DNA from: a virus
Lineage: Duplodnaviria > Caudoviricetes
Strand: one strand, 5' to 3'
DNA length: 26,198 nt
Virus record (IMG/VR): IMGVR_UViG_3300032218_002706
Location: 1 to 26,198 of that record
The number at the start of each line of letters is the position of its first letter. Position 1 is the first letter of the stretch. The translations under genes were made by a program, and so were the position numbers. Shown here piece by piece: positions 5,963 through 16,600 of the stretch. Below the pieces are notes generated by a model, which was given only the letters and a program-made list of their open reading frames with translations, was not told where the DNA came from and made no database searches.

Positions 5963-8931
5963 TAATTACAACTTATACTAAAATTTAATCCGACATTTAA
6001 TTCGAATTGTTTATTTGCGAGTGTTGACTCACAACCTGAATTAGAAACATACAAAGTATTTCCACTAAACGAATAATTAATACCATTATTAATTAATGAA
6101 GGTAAGTAAGTATCTAAAGATTGTTTCCAATAATCATTTGACGGAACGTCCAATAAACCATAACCTGTATATATTTTTTCTTGTATTAAAATATCCCCAT
6201 CAATTCTTAAATCAAGATACCAATCAGTTATCAAAGTATTAATTAAACAATCACTAATATTAATAGATTGATTAATTAAATAAGTTTGTAATGTTTGATA
6301 TAATAAATCACTAAATGAAGTTGCGGTAGAGTTTCCTGTTAACCAAGGATATATTGGACAAGAAACCGTATCATCAATACAATTATAAGGGAATAAACTT
6401 CCATTAAGTTTACAAGGGTCACAAGGTACCGGAATAATTTGACAACCTCTTTGAATTCTATACACAAATTTTTGTCTATGGAATATTGAATTTTCAAACT
6501 TAACCCCTCCTTGCCATATTGTAGTTGCGGGAATCATTTGTTCAACCAATCTAATCCAATAATCCCCTAAATTATTAACATAACTAATCATACTTTGATA
6601 AGTAAAATTATCGTTAGGTATTCCAATCGCCTCTTGAGATTCTAAGTACTTCCAATAGATTGATTGTAAAGTTGGATATCCCCCTGTCTTACCATCAGAA
6701 ATTAATTGTCTATTTCTAACGTTAATCATATTAACCCAAAATGTTTGAGCAAACTCAAAGAAGGATTTTTTACTTGGTTGAGGATTTATTACTGTCCAAT
6801 CAACACCACCAGGTTGTGGATATGGAGACGTTAGTCCTGTACTTGGTATTGGATAGTTATATTTTTTAGACATATACCAAACATCATACGCTAACCCTTG
6901 TGCAGGGTTTAAGAATAAATCAACATTCTTAACGTTTAATGCGAATCTATCATCCTCAATATAATAATAGGCGTCGTAGTTTGAACTACCATTTCCAATT
7001 CTTAACCCATTATCCGTGATTGGCCAACTTTTCTTATTGTCAATAGTTCTAACAAGTTTAAAACCTTCCTTCATATATGGAAAAGTTCTAAATCTTTCTA
7101 AATATTTTTGACCGTAACTAAACGGTTCAAATTCTGTTTGAATATTAAAGTTTTGACCCGTAAATGTACTATTTGTTTTATTAACGACTTGTGGGCTTTG
7201 GTGAGTTTCAACTAATTCAAACCATCCTGACCCTTTTTGGAAGAAGTAATTTTCAGTATCAGGCGGAGACATAGGGTATCCAAGTTCATTTACAGGATAA
7301 TCTTCAAAACTAACATCCGCATCTAACGTAACAATTTCTGTTGTAAACCCAGTGTAAAGATTACCTAAAATTGTAAAAGTGTTTCCACTATCATAAACAG
7401 TAATTTCTTCTGAATAAGTTCCTCCTGATATTTGAGCGTATTGTGAACCAAAACTACCCATGTTGATTTTTTGTCCCGCAATATAGATATTCTCATTAAA
7501 CTCAATTAAAGCTTCAGGGGCCCCAACTAATCTTAATAAAAATTCAATAGATTTTCTAGTTCCTTTAGATTTAAAGAGATATGCAGAATTTAAAATTAAG
7601 TTTCTATAGAATTGATAATTTAATTCTGTAGGAGTTACCGATGTTGAATAACCCGGGTATTGAACTTTACTATCGTTACCAAAAACAGAATTTAAAAAGT
7701 TCTCGTTGGTAACCGGCGAGATATTAACTTTCCAACCCACTGTTTCTGCTAAATTTTTAAGTAGTTGAGAAGGGATGTCATTCTTAACGGTATAATTAAC
7801 TGAGTTCATATTTGCTAACGCATCTATGAATTTTTTAATCTCGTCAAAACTTCTACCGTATAAACTTAATACTTTTTGTACTCTTTGGTCTTCGGTATCA
7901 AACTCCTTAAATGACTCTGTGGTTAAAAATCTACTAACAAGATTTGTTCTAAAAGCATCTAAAGAACTTGTAATATCATTTAACTTATCAAGATAAGAAT
8001 CAAAAGATGGTGTCCAAATATCTAAATTCCAAATACCATCAATAGGCCAAGTAACTTTATCGTAATCAACATAATTAACCCCATCATCAGATTGTTTTGG
8101 GATTTGAAATGTTGCGGTATACTTTGGAACTATTAGTCGATTCAATAAGAATTTTTCAACCTCATCAAAAGGTTCAATAAATGATTTGTCACTATAAAAA
8201 CTGTTAGGTCTAATTACTAAATTTTCAATAAATTCAGATTGCCCTGAAAATGGATTACCGTTAACCGTTACAGATATTGTTCCTGAGTATAAACTATTTG
8301 AAGGAGTTAAAGTTAGAAACTCATATTCATCTTCCTCAACAAATAATGAGTATTTTAAGAACTCGACAGTCATGTTTCTTAATCCAGAAACTTTGTTTTC
8401 TTTAACTTCTAAATTTCTTGTTGCGTTTGTTGAAAAGTCAATCCCAAATGGATTAGTTAATTTTTCAACATCTAAGTCAAACGTAGTCGTATGACTAACC
8501 CCATCATAAACACAATTATATGCGGTATGTCCTGTGGTAAAATCTCGATTTAAATTATAAACCTCTAATGCCGCAGGAAAATAATTAATAATCTGTTGTA
8601 TCGATGTTGAGATTCTTTTGGTTAAAGGTCCATATAAGTTAAATTTGGTAATTTCACTTAAATCAAAATTAGGATATACTCTAAAATCCTTAGCAATAAT
8701 CGCTTTTGATTCTAAAACACTTCCAATATTTAATTGTTCTAATGATATTGGTGATGAAAAAGCCCCAATGTTAAAATTTCGATTAACCTTTTCAGTTATA
8801 GATGTGGTAAACTCAAAATTACCCTGCGTAAGTCCTCCACCGTCAACAATTTGTAGTCCTACAATGTTATCGGAAAAGGTCCCTGCACCGCTAGATGGTC
8901 TCGGAGGGTATCTATAGAATTTTCTTGCCAT
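5962..8931 (-). CDS. Baseplate wedge protein containing a P2 gpI / T4 gp7-like domain
   Basis: 989 aa; central LLKNLAETVGWK...FYRNLILNSAYLFKSKGTRKSIEFLLRLVG resembles the KGT motif region of gpI-type wedge subunits; downstream of gp25/gp6-like genes. Confidence 0.65.
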   Translation of the reverse strand: MARKFYRYPPRPSSGAGTFSDNIVGLQIVDGGGLTQGNFEFTTSITEKVNRNFNIGAFSSPISLEQLNIGSVLESKAIIAKDFRVYPNFDLSEITKFNLYGPLTKRISTSIQQIINYFPAALEVYNLNRDFTTGHTAYNCVYDGVSHTTTFDLDVEKLTNPFGIDFSTNATRNLEVKENKVSGLRNMTVEFLKYSLFVEEDEYEFLTLTPSNSLYSGTISVTVNGNPFSGQSEFIENLVIRPNSFYSDKSFIEPFDEVEKFLLNRLIVPKYTATFQIPKQSDDGVNYVDYDKVTWPIDGIWNLDIWTPSFDSYLDKLNDITSSLDAFRTNLVSRFLTTESFKEFDTEDQRVQKVLSLYGRSFDEIKKFIDALANMNSVNYTVKNDIPSQLLKNLAETVGWKVNISPVTNENFLNSVFGNDSKVQYPGYSTSVTPTELNYQFYRNLILNSAYLFKSKGTRKSIEFLLRLVGAPEALIEFNENIYIAGQKINMGSFGSQYAQISGGTYSEEITVYDSGNTFTILGNLYTGFTTEIVTLDADVSFEDYPVNELGYPMSPPDTENYFFQKGSGWFELVETHQSPQVVNKTNSTFTGQNFNIQTEFEPFSYGQKYLERFRTFPYMKEGFKLVRTIDNKKSWPITDNGLRIGNGSSNYDAYYYIEDDRFALNVKNVDLFLNPAQGLAYDVWYMSKKYNYPIPSTGLTSPYPQPGGVDWTVINPQPSKKSFFEFAQTFWVNMINVRNRQLISDGKTGGYPTLQSIYWKYLESQEAIGIPNDNFTYQSMISYVNNLGDYWIRLVEQMIPATTIWQGGVKFENSIFHRQKFVYRIQRGCQIIPVPCDPCKLNGSLFPYNCIDDTVSCPIYPWLTGNSTATSFSDLLYQTLQTYLINQSINISDCLINTLITDWYLDLRIDGDILIQEKIYTGYGLLDVPSNDYWKQSLDTYLPSLINNGINYSFSGNTLYVSNSGCESTLANKQFELNVGLNFSISCN

Positions 8932-9839
8932 TATTGGGTTATATTTGTGAAGTTTTTACTAAAATCAATATTACTGCCTCTATCTTCCCTAACTTCAAAT
9001 AATAATTTATTATACTCATCTCTAATTTCGTAAAGATTGTATTGTCTGTATATATTATTGGCAGTATCGTAAATTGTGTAGATACCGTCATCAATAGATT
9101 TAGTTTGATTACCATAAAGCGCTATCGCCAACGTAGAAATATCATGTTCAACTATTTCAATATCCATAGTAATAGGATTAAAGAAAGTATTAGTCATTAT
9201 AATGTTCTGAGCCGGTTGACCAATAAATGGAGTGGCGTTTGGTTTATTAGTTGGTGCCGATGATGGCGATAAAGTACAAAACATTAGATTTGTAACCCCC
9301 TCAACATAACGATACCTAATGGCCTTTTGTGCGGTATTTGTTAAATTCTGAGTAACAGGTTCACAATAAAAATTAGAAGTAACTATTCTGAAAAAATTAG
9401 GAATTTTAGTTCCATCATCATTTAAATACTCAACTCTAAACCCAACAAGTCCTTGCGATATAAACTTATTTTTAAATTGATTTGGGACGTTATCAAGATT
9501 AATAACGATTCCTTTAACATTTGGCAATGCGGATAAAACCCCACAATCATTGATTTGAGTTCTTATTTGTGCGGGTCTAATATACAAAGTGTATATCCCT
9601 AACTTATTAAATTCGTCTGCAGGTAGTTTTAAATTATATAATCCACCTAATATTTCGATGTCGGCATTACCACCAGTACTATTATTATTAAAGTAAGGTC
9701 TTAATATGTTTTTCGCATCTAATTTTTTTAATATAAAATTATCTGTCGCATCTCTTGATGGTGTATAATTTAAAATTATCTCAACATCTTCAGGAGAAAC
9801 GTCAGAAGGTCTTATGGTACCGTATGTTCCTATTGCCAT
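8931..9839 (-). CDS. Hypothetical phage structural protein (baseplate cluster)
   Basis: 302-aa ORF, ATG start, TAATG overlap with the next gene; no family motif recognised. Confidence 0.6.
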   Translation of the reverse strand: MAIGTYGTIRPSDVSPEDVEIILNYTPSRDATDNFILKKLDAKNILRPYFNNNSTGGNADIEILGGLYNLKLPADEFNKLGIYTLYIRPAQIRTQINDCGVLSALPNVKGIVINLDNVPNQFKNKFISQGLVGFRVEYLNDDGTKIPNFFRIVTSNFYCEPVTQNLTNTAQKAIRYRYVEGVTNLMFCTLSPSSAPTNKPNATPFIGQPAQNIIMTNTFFNPITMDIEIVEHDISTLAIALYGNQTKSIDDGIYTIYDTANNIYRQYNLYEIRDEYNKLLFEVREDRGSNIDFSKNFTNITQ

Positions 9840-9856
9840 TTTATTTCATTTAATTA

Positions 9857-9863
9857 ATAAATA
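9857..9863 (-). promoter_or_regulatory. TATTTAT upstream motif (candidate phage promoter)
   Basis: AACTATTTATTAAT on the minus strand, about 18 nt upstream of the ATG at 9839. Confidence 0.55.
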
Positions 9864-9890
9864 GTTTATTCCTCTTTTTTCAATTATATT

Positions 9891-11075
9891 TTATTGAGTT
9901 ACTACATTAAAAAACCCATATCCGTAATTTAGTAAATCTCCCAAATTATCAACTTCCCCTAATCTTTCAATTCTTTCTAATGCACTGTTCTTGCCTCTCT
10001 CAATAAAAATGTCAGATTGGACTTCAGGGTCGCTTACAACATTCAATAATGATTCTTGTTTTGTTAACGCCATTTCAACCATCCAATCTGAAGTTAATCC
10101 TGATGAGTTTAAAAAATAAATCGTACTACCATTGTTAAAATCAATATAGTTCACATCTTCAATAGTGTAACCAGTATATGAAGGTATCGGTAGAATATTA
10201 ATGTTAGTCGTAATTTGACCGTAGTTAATACCGTTTTTCTTTATCCAAGTATATGGTTGATATTTTGTAACCCCGTATGAGACTAATTCATTGATTCTTG
10301 AATTGGTATATCCTGAAATCACAAATGGTACTGTTGTATAGTTATTTGATGTTTGAGCGGCAATCGTGTTTACCGAATCACCTGTAAAAATAAAATCATA
10401 GGATATTGGCGTTGCGGACCATGAACCAATATTTGGGGTAAAGTACGCAGTTCCAAGTGGATTAGGGATAGTAGTACCTGTAAACGGAACAACAACAGTT
10501 TTTTTAACGGTGTTAATTCCCCAAGGGTTTGTTTGAGATAACGTTATTGTATATTCCCCCGGATTTAAATACGGGTGTGAATAATAATTCGGTGCGGTAG
10601 AGGTTATGGTTAATGGTAACGAACCGTCTCCCCAATCAACAGAGTAAGTTGATAAGGATAAAAACGTTTTAAATTCTTGGTCAGAAGTATTGTAAAAATA
10701 ATAGGTATATGGTGAGCCCGTTGTTGCAGAAAAAACAAAATTCTTAACAACGTCAGATTGCATTATTGCTCCGTCAAATACCGAGTAATATCCAATATCT
10801 ACGGCACTTTCAGTAATCATTATTGGTATAGTTAAACCTGTCAATAAAGATGTTCCTCCGGTACCTCCACTTAACACTTCCGCCATAGGTAAATAATATC
10901 CCGTAGTCCCTGTCGGATAATCAATGTGGTTAGTAAACCCTGTAATTATACAACATCCTTCAGTATTACCTGTCAAAACTTTATAATAAGTTGGCGTTCC
11001 CGTATATGGTAGATTGATTAAATCACCAATAATAACCTCAGGAGAAATTTTAATATAGTACTTATCTTCGTGCAT
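9891..11075 (-). CDS. PKD/Ig-like domain-containing putative virion protein
   Basis: 394 aa; YSVDWGDGS...HPYLNPGEYTITLSQTNPWGINTVKKTVVV fits the PKD consensus (W-D-F/W-GDG...H-x-Y-xx-PG-x-Y-x-V-x-L). Confidence 0.75.
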   Translation of the reverse strand: MHEDKYYIKISPEVIIGDLINLPYTGTPTYYKVLTGNTEGCCIITGFTNHIDYPTGTTGYYLPMAEVLSGGTGGTSLLTGLTIPIMITESAVDIGYYSVFDGAIMQSDVVKNFVFSATTGSPYTYYFYNTSDQEFKTFLSLSTYSVDWGDGSLPLTITSTAPNYYSHPYLNPGEYTITLSQTNPWGINTVKKTVVVPFTGTTIPNPLGTAYFTPNIGSWSATPISYDFIFTGDSVNTIAAQTSNNYTTVPFVISGYTNSRINELVSYGVTKYQPYTWIKKNGINYGQITTNINILPIPSYTGYTIEDVNYIDFNNGSTIYFLNSSGLTSDWMVEMALTKQESLLNVVSDPEVQSDIFIERGKNSALERIERLGEVDNLGDLLNYGYGFFNVVTQ

Positions 11076-11890
11076 TATGGATTAATATATTCATACCATT
11101 TTATTGGGCTAATTTTATGTCCGACCTCAACATCAACACCACTATTAATATCATATACTTTATAAGTATAATTTGAATAATCTAAGACAACTTTATAATA
11201 GAAAAACAAATCTTGATTAAAATTAAATTTTGATATTCCACTTAGACTTGATTGTGGTCTATTCATCATTTTAATAAAATATCCATTTTTAGCATCAAAA
11301 AATTTAACACTCATATAAAAAGTATTAATGTTAAGGAAGTCTCTCTTTTTTAACCAATATATGAAAAACCCTTCTTTGTCCCCTAAAAAATCTAAATTGA
11401 ACGCGGGTCTTTTTATTTGTTGTACAGACCAACCAACCGTAGCGCCTGTGGTTAATCCTTGTTGTGTCGGAATTATTAATGTTATATAATTTGTTTGGTC
11501 TTTTTGATTTGTCGAATCATATAAATCAACTTTAAAAAAAGATTTTTTAAATGGGTTTGCATAGTAGAATATTTCCTGAGGAGTAAATCCTTGAGTAATA
11601 TATGATGAATTCCAAATAGTATTAGCACTTGTCGCGCCACTTGGAGCAAAATAAAATTCATAGTTTATTGAGGTATCCATTGGGCTTCCAATGATATTAA
11701 CATTATTTGCAAACGCAAATCTTGCAACTTCAAAATCCTTATCTTCGTTAAGTACTTCTTTTACCGCAGCTTTTTCATACTCAACCATATCGTTAGTTCT
11801 ATCTCCAAAATCCCAAGTCATTTCAATTGGGATGTCAATAACCTTATCAGTTGATTTTGGTAATAATATTTTAAGTTTACTCACAGTCAT
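11075..11890 (-). CDS. Hypothetical phage structural protein
   Basis: 271-aa aromatic-rich ORF overlapping both neighbours (14 nt and 1 nt); exact start codon uncertain. Confidence 0.6.
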   Translation of the reverse strand: MTVSKLKILLPKSTDKVIDIPIEMTWDFGDRTNDMVEYEKAAVKEVLNEDKDFEVARFAFANNVNIIGSPMDTSINYEFYFAPSGATSANTIWNSSYITQGFTPQEIFYYANPFKKSFFKVDLYDSTNQKDQTNYITLIIPTQQGLTTGATVGWSVQQIKRPAFNLDFLGDKEGFFIYWLKKRDFLNINTFYMSVKFFDAKNGYFIKMMNRPQSSLSGISKFNFNQDLFFYYKVVLDYSNYTYKVYDINSGVDVEVGHKISPIKWYEYINP

Positions 11891-13676
11891 CGGTAATCGG
11901 TTGTGCTATTGCGGATATATCTTCAGCAACATTCCCTTCAGGAAATACTCTAAAAACAATATTTGTTGATGGGTAATGTACCCCGTTTATAAATGGAAAA
12001 TCAGTCCCATTACCTGATTCATCCTTAAAACCATAAGTATATAAATCTCTCCATATTAATAACCCTTTATATTGGGAATAATACGCGTAATCAGGAACTC
12101 CTTCGATATTATTAATATCCCCTTCTTCAATATAATCAGAAAACACTTTAAGTGTTATCGGATGGTGGGGCTGATAATAATATCCTTCAGGATTTGGTAT
12201 ACGACTATTTAATAAAAATATATCATTAGTTAATAAATAATCTTCAATGAATAAAGAACTATTAAACCCAAACTTATGATGAAAATTAGATAAAACTATT
12301 TCCCTTTGTTCGAATTGGTTATATTCACAAAAATCCCCATTAATAGTGTCTCCACTTTTTAAATCTTGATTATAATAGAACGGACTTGGGGAACCGGGTC
12401 TTGTATAACTCAATGTAGAGATATTACTTGAATTAATACTTGCATTTGCTGAACTCCAATACGGAGAACTCGTATATTCAATATTAAAACCATATCCCTC
12501 TTTTAATGCAGGGCTATTTGGTATGTTAGAATTAATTGGTTTATTAAACCACCCAAAATACCCCTTATTAATTAAAGTAATATATAGTTCTGATAGAGGT
12601 CGATTTAGATTATCCCTATAAGGTTTAATATTAATATCTTTACTAAAAGTTAATAAATAAGATTGATTATTTTCTTTTTGGGTTATTCTGGCAACATTGT
12701 CAGGTGTTAATGAACTATACTCATATTGTCTTTTTACATTAAACCCATTTTGGTCAAACGCGGCTTTAGTTAAAATAGCTTCGTCAACATTTGTAATTAT
12801 CATATGTTTTCTAATATAATATTTTGATTTGGTTTCCGCTGAATTACTGATATCAACAATTCTTTTAAACGTACCTTCAGTTGAATTTAAGAAGGTTGCT
12901 CCGGAATACCCAATATTATATAAATTAAACACATAATTTTCTGAATTATATCCATTATTCCCTAATGAATAAACTTGAAAAACTTTATTTCCATCATATC
13001 CTCCCCATCCTCCGTTTATCTCAATTTCAACATATTCACCAACGGTTAAATTATGTTTAACGGGACATACAAACGAAATTAATGGTTGTCCATTAGATAA
13101 TAATGGATTTACAATATAAAATGGAATACCATCACCTGAAACCCAATTCACACTGTTATTTGAAGTTCTATAATATTGTAACTTTTTAGTATAATCATTC
13201 TGATAAGGGTAACTAACATATTGAGTCCAATTATACGTTGAGGCACTTTTATTAATAAACTCAACGTGGGGTGGAGTTGTACCTGAATATGAGGTATACC
13301 CTGAGGTACTATTATCAGTCCTCATTAAATCAAACTCAACATATTGAGGATACCCTGACCAACTTGTAGTACCAAACGAATTAACTGAGTTCACATAATA
13401 AAGATTATATGTGAATGGTTTATAATCAGGATTTCCTGTTATCCCGCTATAAGCGTTATAAAACAATAAATCTAACTTTGCAGTTAATCTAAAAGTACTT
13501 GATTCCTGTCTTTCCTCATCAAATATTTGGGCAAGATTTACGACATTACTTCTATCAAATTCATCAATCTCTTTTTGATTTCCCTCTAAAGGTATTTTAA
13601 TACCTAAATCAGTATCTATTGAAGATTTGTATCTTTTAGACCCTAAAACTATTGTTGTATCAATTCTATTATCCAT
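11877..13676 (-). CDS. Hypothetical phage structural protein
   Basis: 599-aa Tyr/Asn-rich ORF, 8-nt overlap with the upstream gene; no family motif recognised. Confidence 0.6.
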   Translation of the reverse strand: MDNRIDTTIVLGSKRYKSSIDTDLGIKIPLEGNQKEIDEFDRSNVVNLAQIFDEERQESSTFRLTAKLDLLFYNAYSGITGNPDYKPFTYNLYYVNSVNSFGTTSWSGYPQYVEFDLMRTDNSTSGYTSYSGTTPPHVEFINKSASTYNWTQYVSYPYQNDYTKKLQYYRTSNNSVNWVSGDGIPFYIVNPLLSNGQPLISFVCPVKHNLTVGEYVEIEINGGWGGYDGNKVFQVYSLGNNGYNSENYVFNLYNIGYSGATFLNSTEGTFKRIVDISNSAETKSKYYIRKHMIITNVDEAILTKAAFDQNGFNVKRQYEYSSLTPDNVARITQKENNQSYLLTFSKDINIKPYRDNLNRPLSELYITLINKGYFGWFNKPINSNIPNSPALKEGYGFNIEYTSSPYWSSANASINSSNISTLSYTRPGSPSPFYYNQDLKSGDTINGDFCEYNQFEQREIVLSNFHHKFGFNSSLFIEDYLLTNDIFLLNSRIPNPEGYYYQPHHPITLKVFSDYIEEGDINNIEGVPDYAYYSQYKGLLIWRDLYTYGFKDESGNGTDFPFINGVHYPSTNIVFRVFPEGNVAEDISAIAQPITDDCE

Positions 13677-16600
13677 TTAACGTTGTTTCTCCAATATATT
13701 TACTATAAAATTTATTAATTGCCGTAGAACCTTTTAACAATCCAAAATAAAAATACCAAGGTGCCCCTCCAAGTCCTGGGTTATTTGAATCAGGGGTTGT
13801 GACATAATTACCTAAATTAGTAACACCGTTTGAATTAAATAAATAACCTCTTTTATTATAGTCATAAGAAGAAACCCCAACAGGGTATCCACTGCTAAGT
13901 CTATCCATTTCTTGGTATTTGATTGCTTGAATATCTCCTGTAGTTGTGGCCCACTCATTAACTTGGGACCCAAACAAAGTTGTTCCTCCATTAATTTTCC
14001 ATTTATAATGAGGTACTTTTTGAGATTTAATTGGGTTATAATCATAAACAAAACTACTTGTCAATGTATTATATCTAATTGTTCTTCCTGGCGAGATATA
14101 ATCTCTTATTTGCATATGTTCAGTAGTTGATGAAAAGAAAATCCCCATAACCGTATTATTACTACCTCCTACTCCCGCGGCAATTGCCGATGGTATAACC
14201 CCAGGAGCGGCACTAGTACTATAAAAACTAGAATCAAAAGGAATCACACCTACTTGACTATTAATCGCCGCAGATTGTGCAAAATCGGCATCAACTTTTT
14301 TACCTGTCCTACTAAACAATCGAGTAATTTGGTCCCCAAATAATCCGTTCCAAAAATTATGGTCAATAATCCTTATGATTGAGAATAGATTAATAGTTTC
14401 AGATAAATCATTATATGATGTCATATAAATATTTTTCATATTATACCCATCAAAATTACCATTCAGAGTTATTTGTTTTAAAAACTCCTCCCTAGGTCCC
14501 AAATTCATAATGGTAGTTGGTGTTTTCAAATTAACATGATTAGCCCCATCTTGACCATCCGCGGTAGACCCTATGAAATGACCCGAAGAATTGTAAGGAG
14601 ATGAACGATAATAAAAATTATGTGTCTCGTCATGTAAAACAACCACGTCACCAGGATATTCAGGAGCAAGCATCTGATTATTAGAATCAAAATATCTATT
14701 AATTTTAAAAGGAAACGCGTATAAGTTACCATTAATCCAATTATTATTAAATACGTTGGATAACACTCCTTGACATAATGCGTAAAAAAACCTAAATCGA
14801 TATATCCACTCAACAAAGTTCTCAATATCGGTACCGTAACCTTGGTCCTCAAATAACCCGATTAATGGGTTTCTTACAAATACATAACATCCGTGTTCTA
14901 TTGTATCGTTACCTTCACACGCAGGGTCAACCGAGAATGTTAATCCATCCCCATGGTAACAGTCCAAATCAACCATGTGTTCACAATCAAAGGTGTTCAA
15001 AACATTATTAGAGAACGCATTATTTGTGTTAGTAACACTACCTCCACCATAAGAAGGACTAGCTAAACTACCTCCAACAGTGACAAGTCCTCCATCAGCA
15101 AAAACATATGCCCCTATCACGTTATTTTGTTGTAAAACTAAAGTATTATTTAAATTTGGTACAAATTTATCACTCGACGGTAACCTATCACTTCTCATAA
15201 CAATTTTACTTGAATTGGACATACTAAGAGTTAATCCTGTGGAATAAATTGCTGAATAGTAATTACGAATAGCTCCGTCTCTATACATAAAAGACCCTCC
15301 AACGATTGATTCGTGAGTATGGTACTTCCCATCAGTTACCGATGAAGAATAAAAATCATTTGAAACGGGAGTCCACACATCTTGAGCAGAATTCCAAGTC
15401 CCCCTACTACTGTATGGAGTGAAATTACTATTTGAATTTCCTGTTTCAATTAGATAAGTGTTCGATGCCGAAACAGAATAGTCTAATTTTGAGTAATAGT
15501 TATGTAAAGTTGTAGTATACCCTGTATAGTAAGTCGCATCAGGCGTAAAAATATATGACGGGAAAAATAAATTAAACCCATTATCTATTGTCGCGTTAGT
15601 ATTTGAAGGTCCCCCAATTACGTTATGTCTAAACATTAATTCGTTACCTGCACTTGTTGAACTCTTAATTGGTATGTTTAGTCGGTAGTCTCCGCTAACC
15701 TCATATGCGGGATTAGTAATACTACTTCCGAATATTTTACCTAACCCAAATTTAGTTGGGTACGCCGGTGAATATGGGTCAACACCTCTTTGAATAATTA
15801 ATATTATCGAATTTTGGTCAACTAAATCTATTGGTTTTATATCTTTCCATATGTGACAATCGTCACCATTAGCCGCGGAATAATATTTATCAATTCTTGT
15901 TGAACTATCTACAACTCCTCCAAAACTTGTTATTGGTGATGATAATGCCCCATTATTGGTCAAAGCTCTAAAAGAAGAAACAGTCATACCTGTGATTACT
16001 TGGAAGTACTCAATGTCTGATGGATAAATGTAAAGTTTTTGGTCCGTAGCAATATTAGTGGGTACGTTATATACCTTAGTTAAATTATTGGCTTTGTTCG
16101 ATGGGTCCGCATATTGAATCGTAATAGTACCAGGATAATTAGTAGTCCCACTAATACTACGAGTACCTAAACTATTTGTTGCACCACTCTTAAAATTAGG
16201 GTCATTAGATAATGCAGGATTAGTGAAACTAAATAGAGAACCTGCGGAAAATACATTATCAGTACCTGGCTGACATATCACCGCAATAACATTATCAGTG
16301 TGGTTAGTTGACGGGTTTGCGGTTGGGTCGTACTGAACTGAGATTTGATTCACTGCCCCTTCATCGTTATAGTATTTAGATTTAGTATTAAATAAATTAA
16401 TTCTTTCTCCTAATGGTATGTCGCTAGTATCAATAACCGCAGAAACAGTGTCATTAAAAATACCACCTCCACAAGTAGGTGGTAACCAACCCAAAGTACT
16501 CTCATTAACAGGAGCAGGTAGTGGTAGATAAGTATCAGTATGCCCTGTAGATTGCACTCCCGCTAACTGTTGTTGTATTACCGTATAATCATCAGAAAAT

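Noticed and set aside
10800-13610. Weak IxIP(L/I)E similarity near the N-termini of the 599-, 271- and 394-aa proteins
   Set aside because: Too short to support paralogy without profile comparison.
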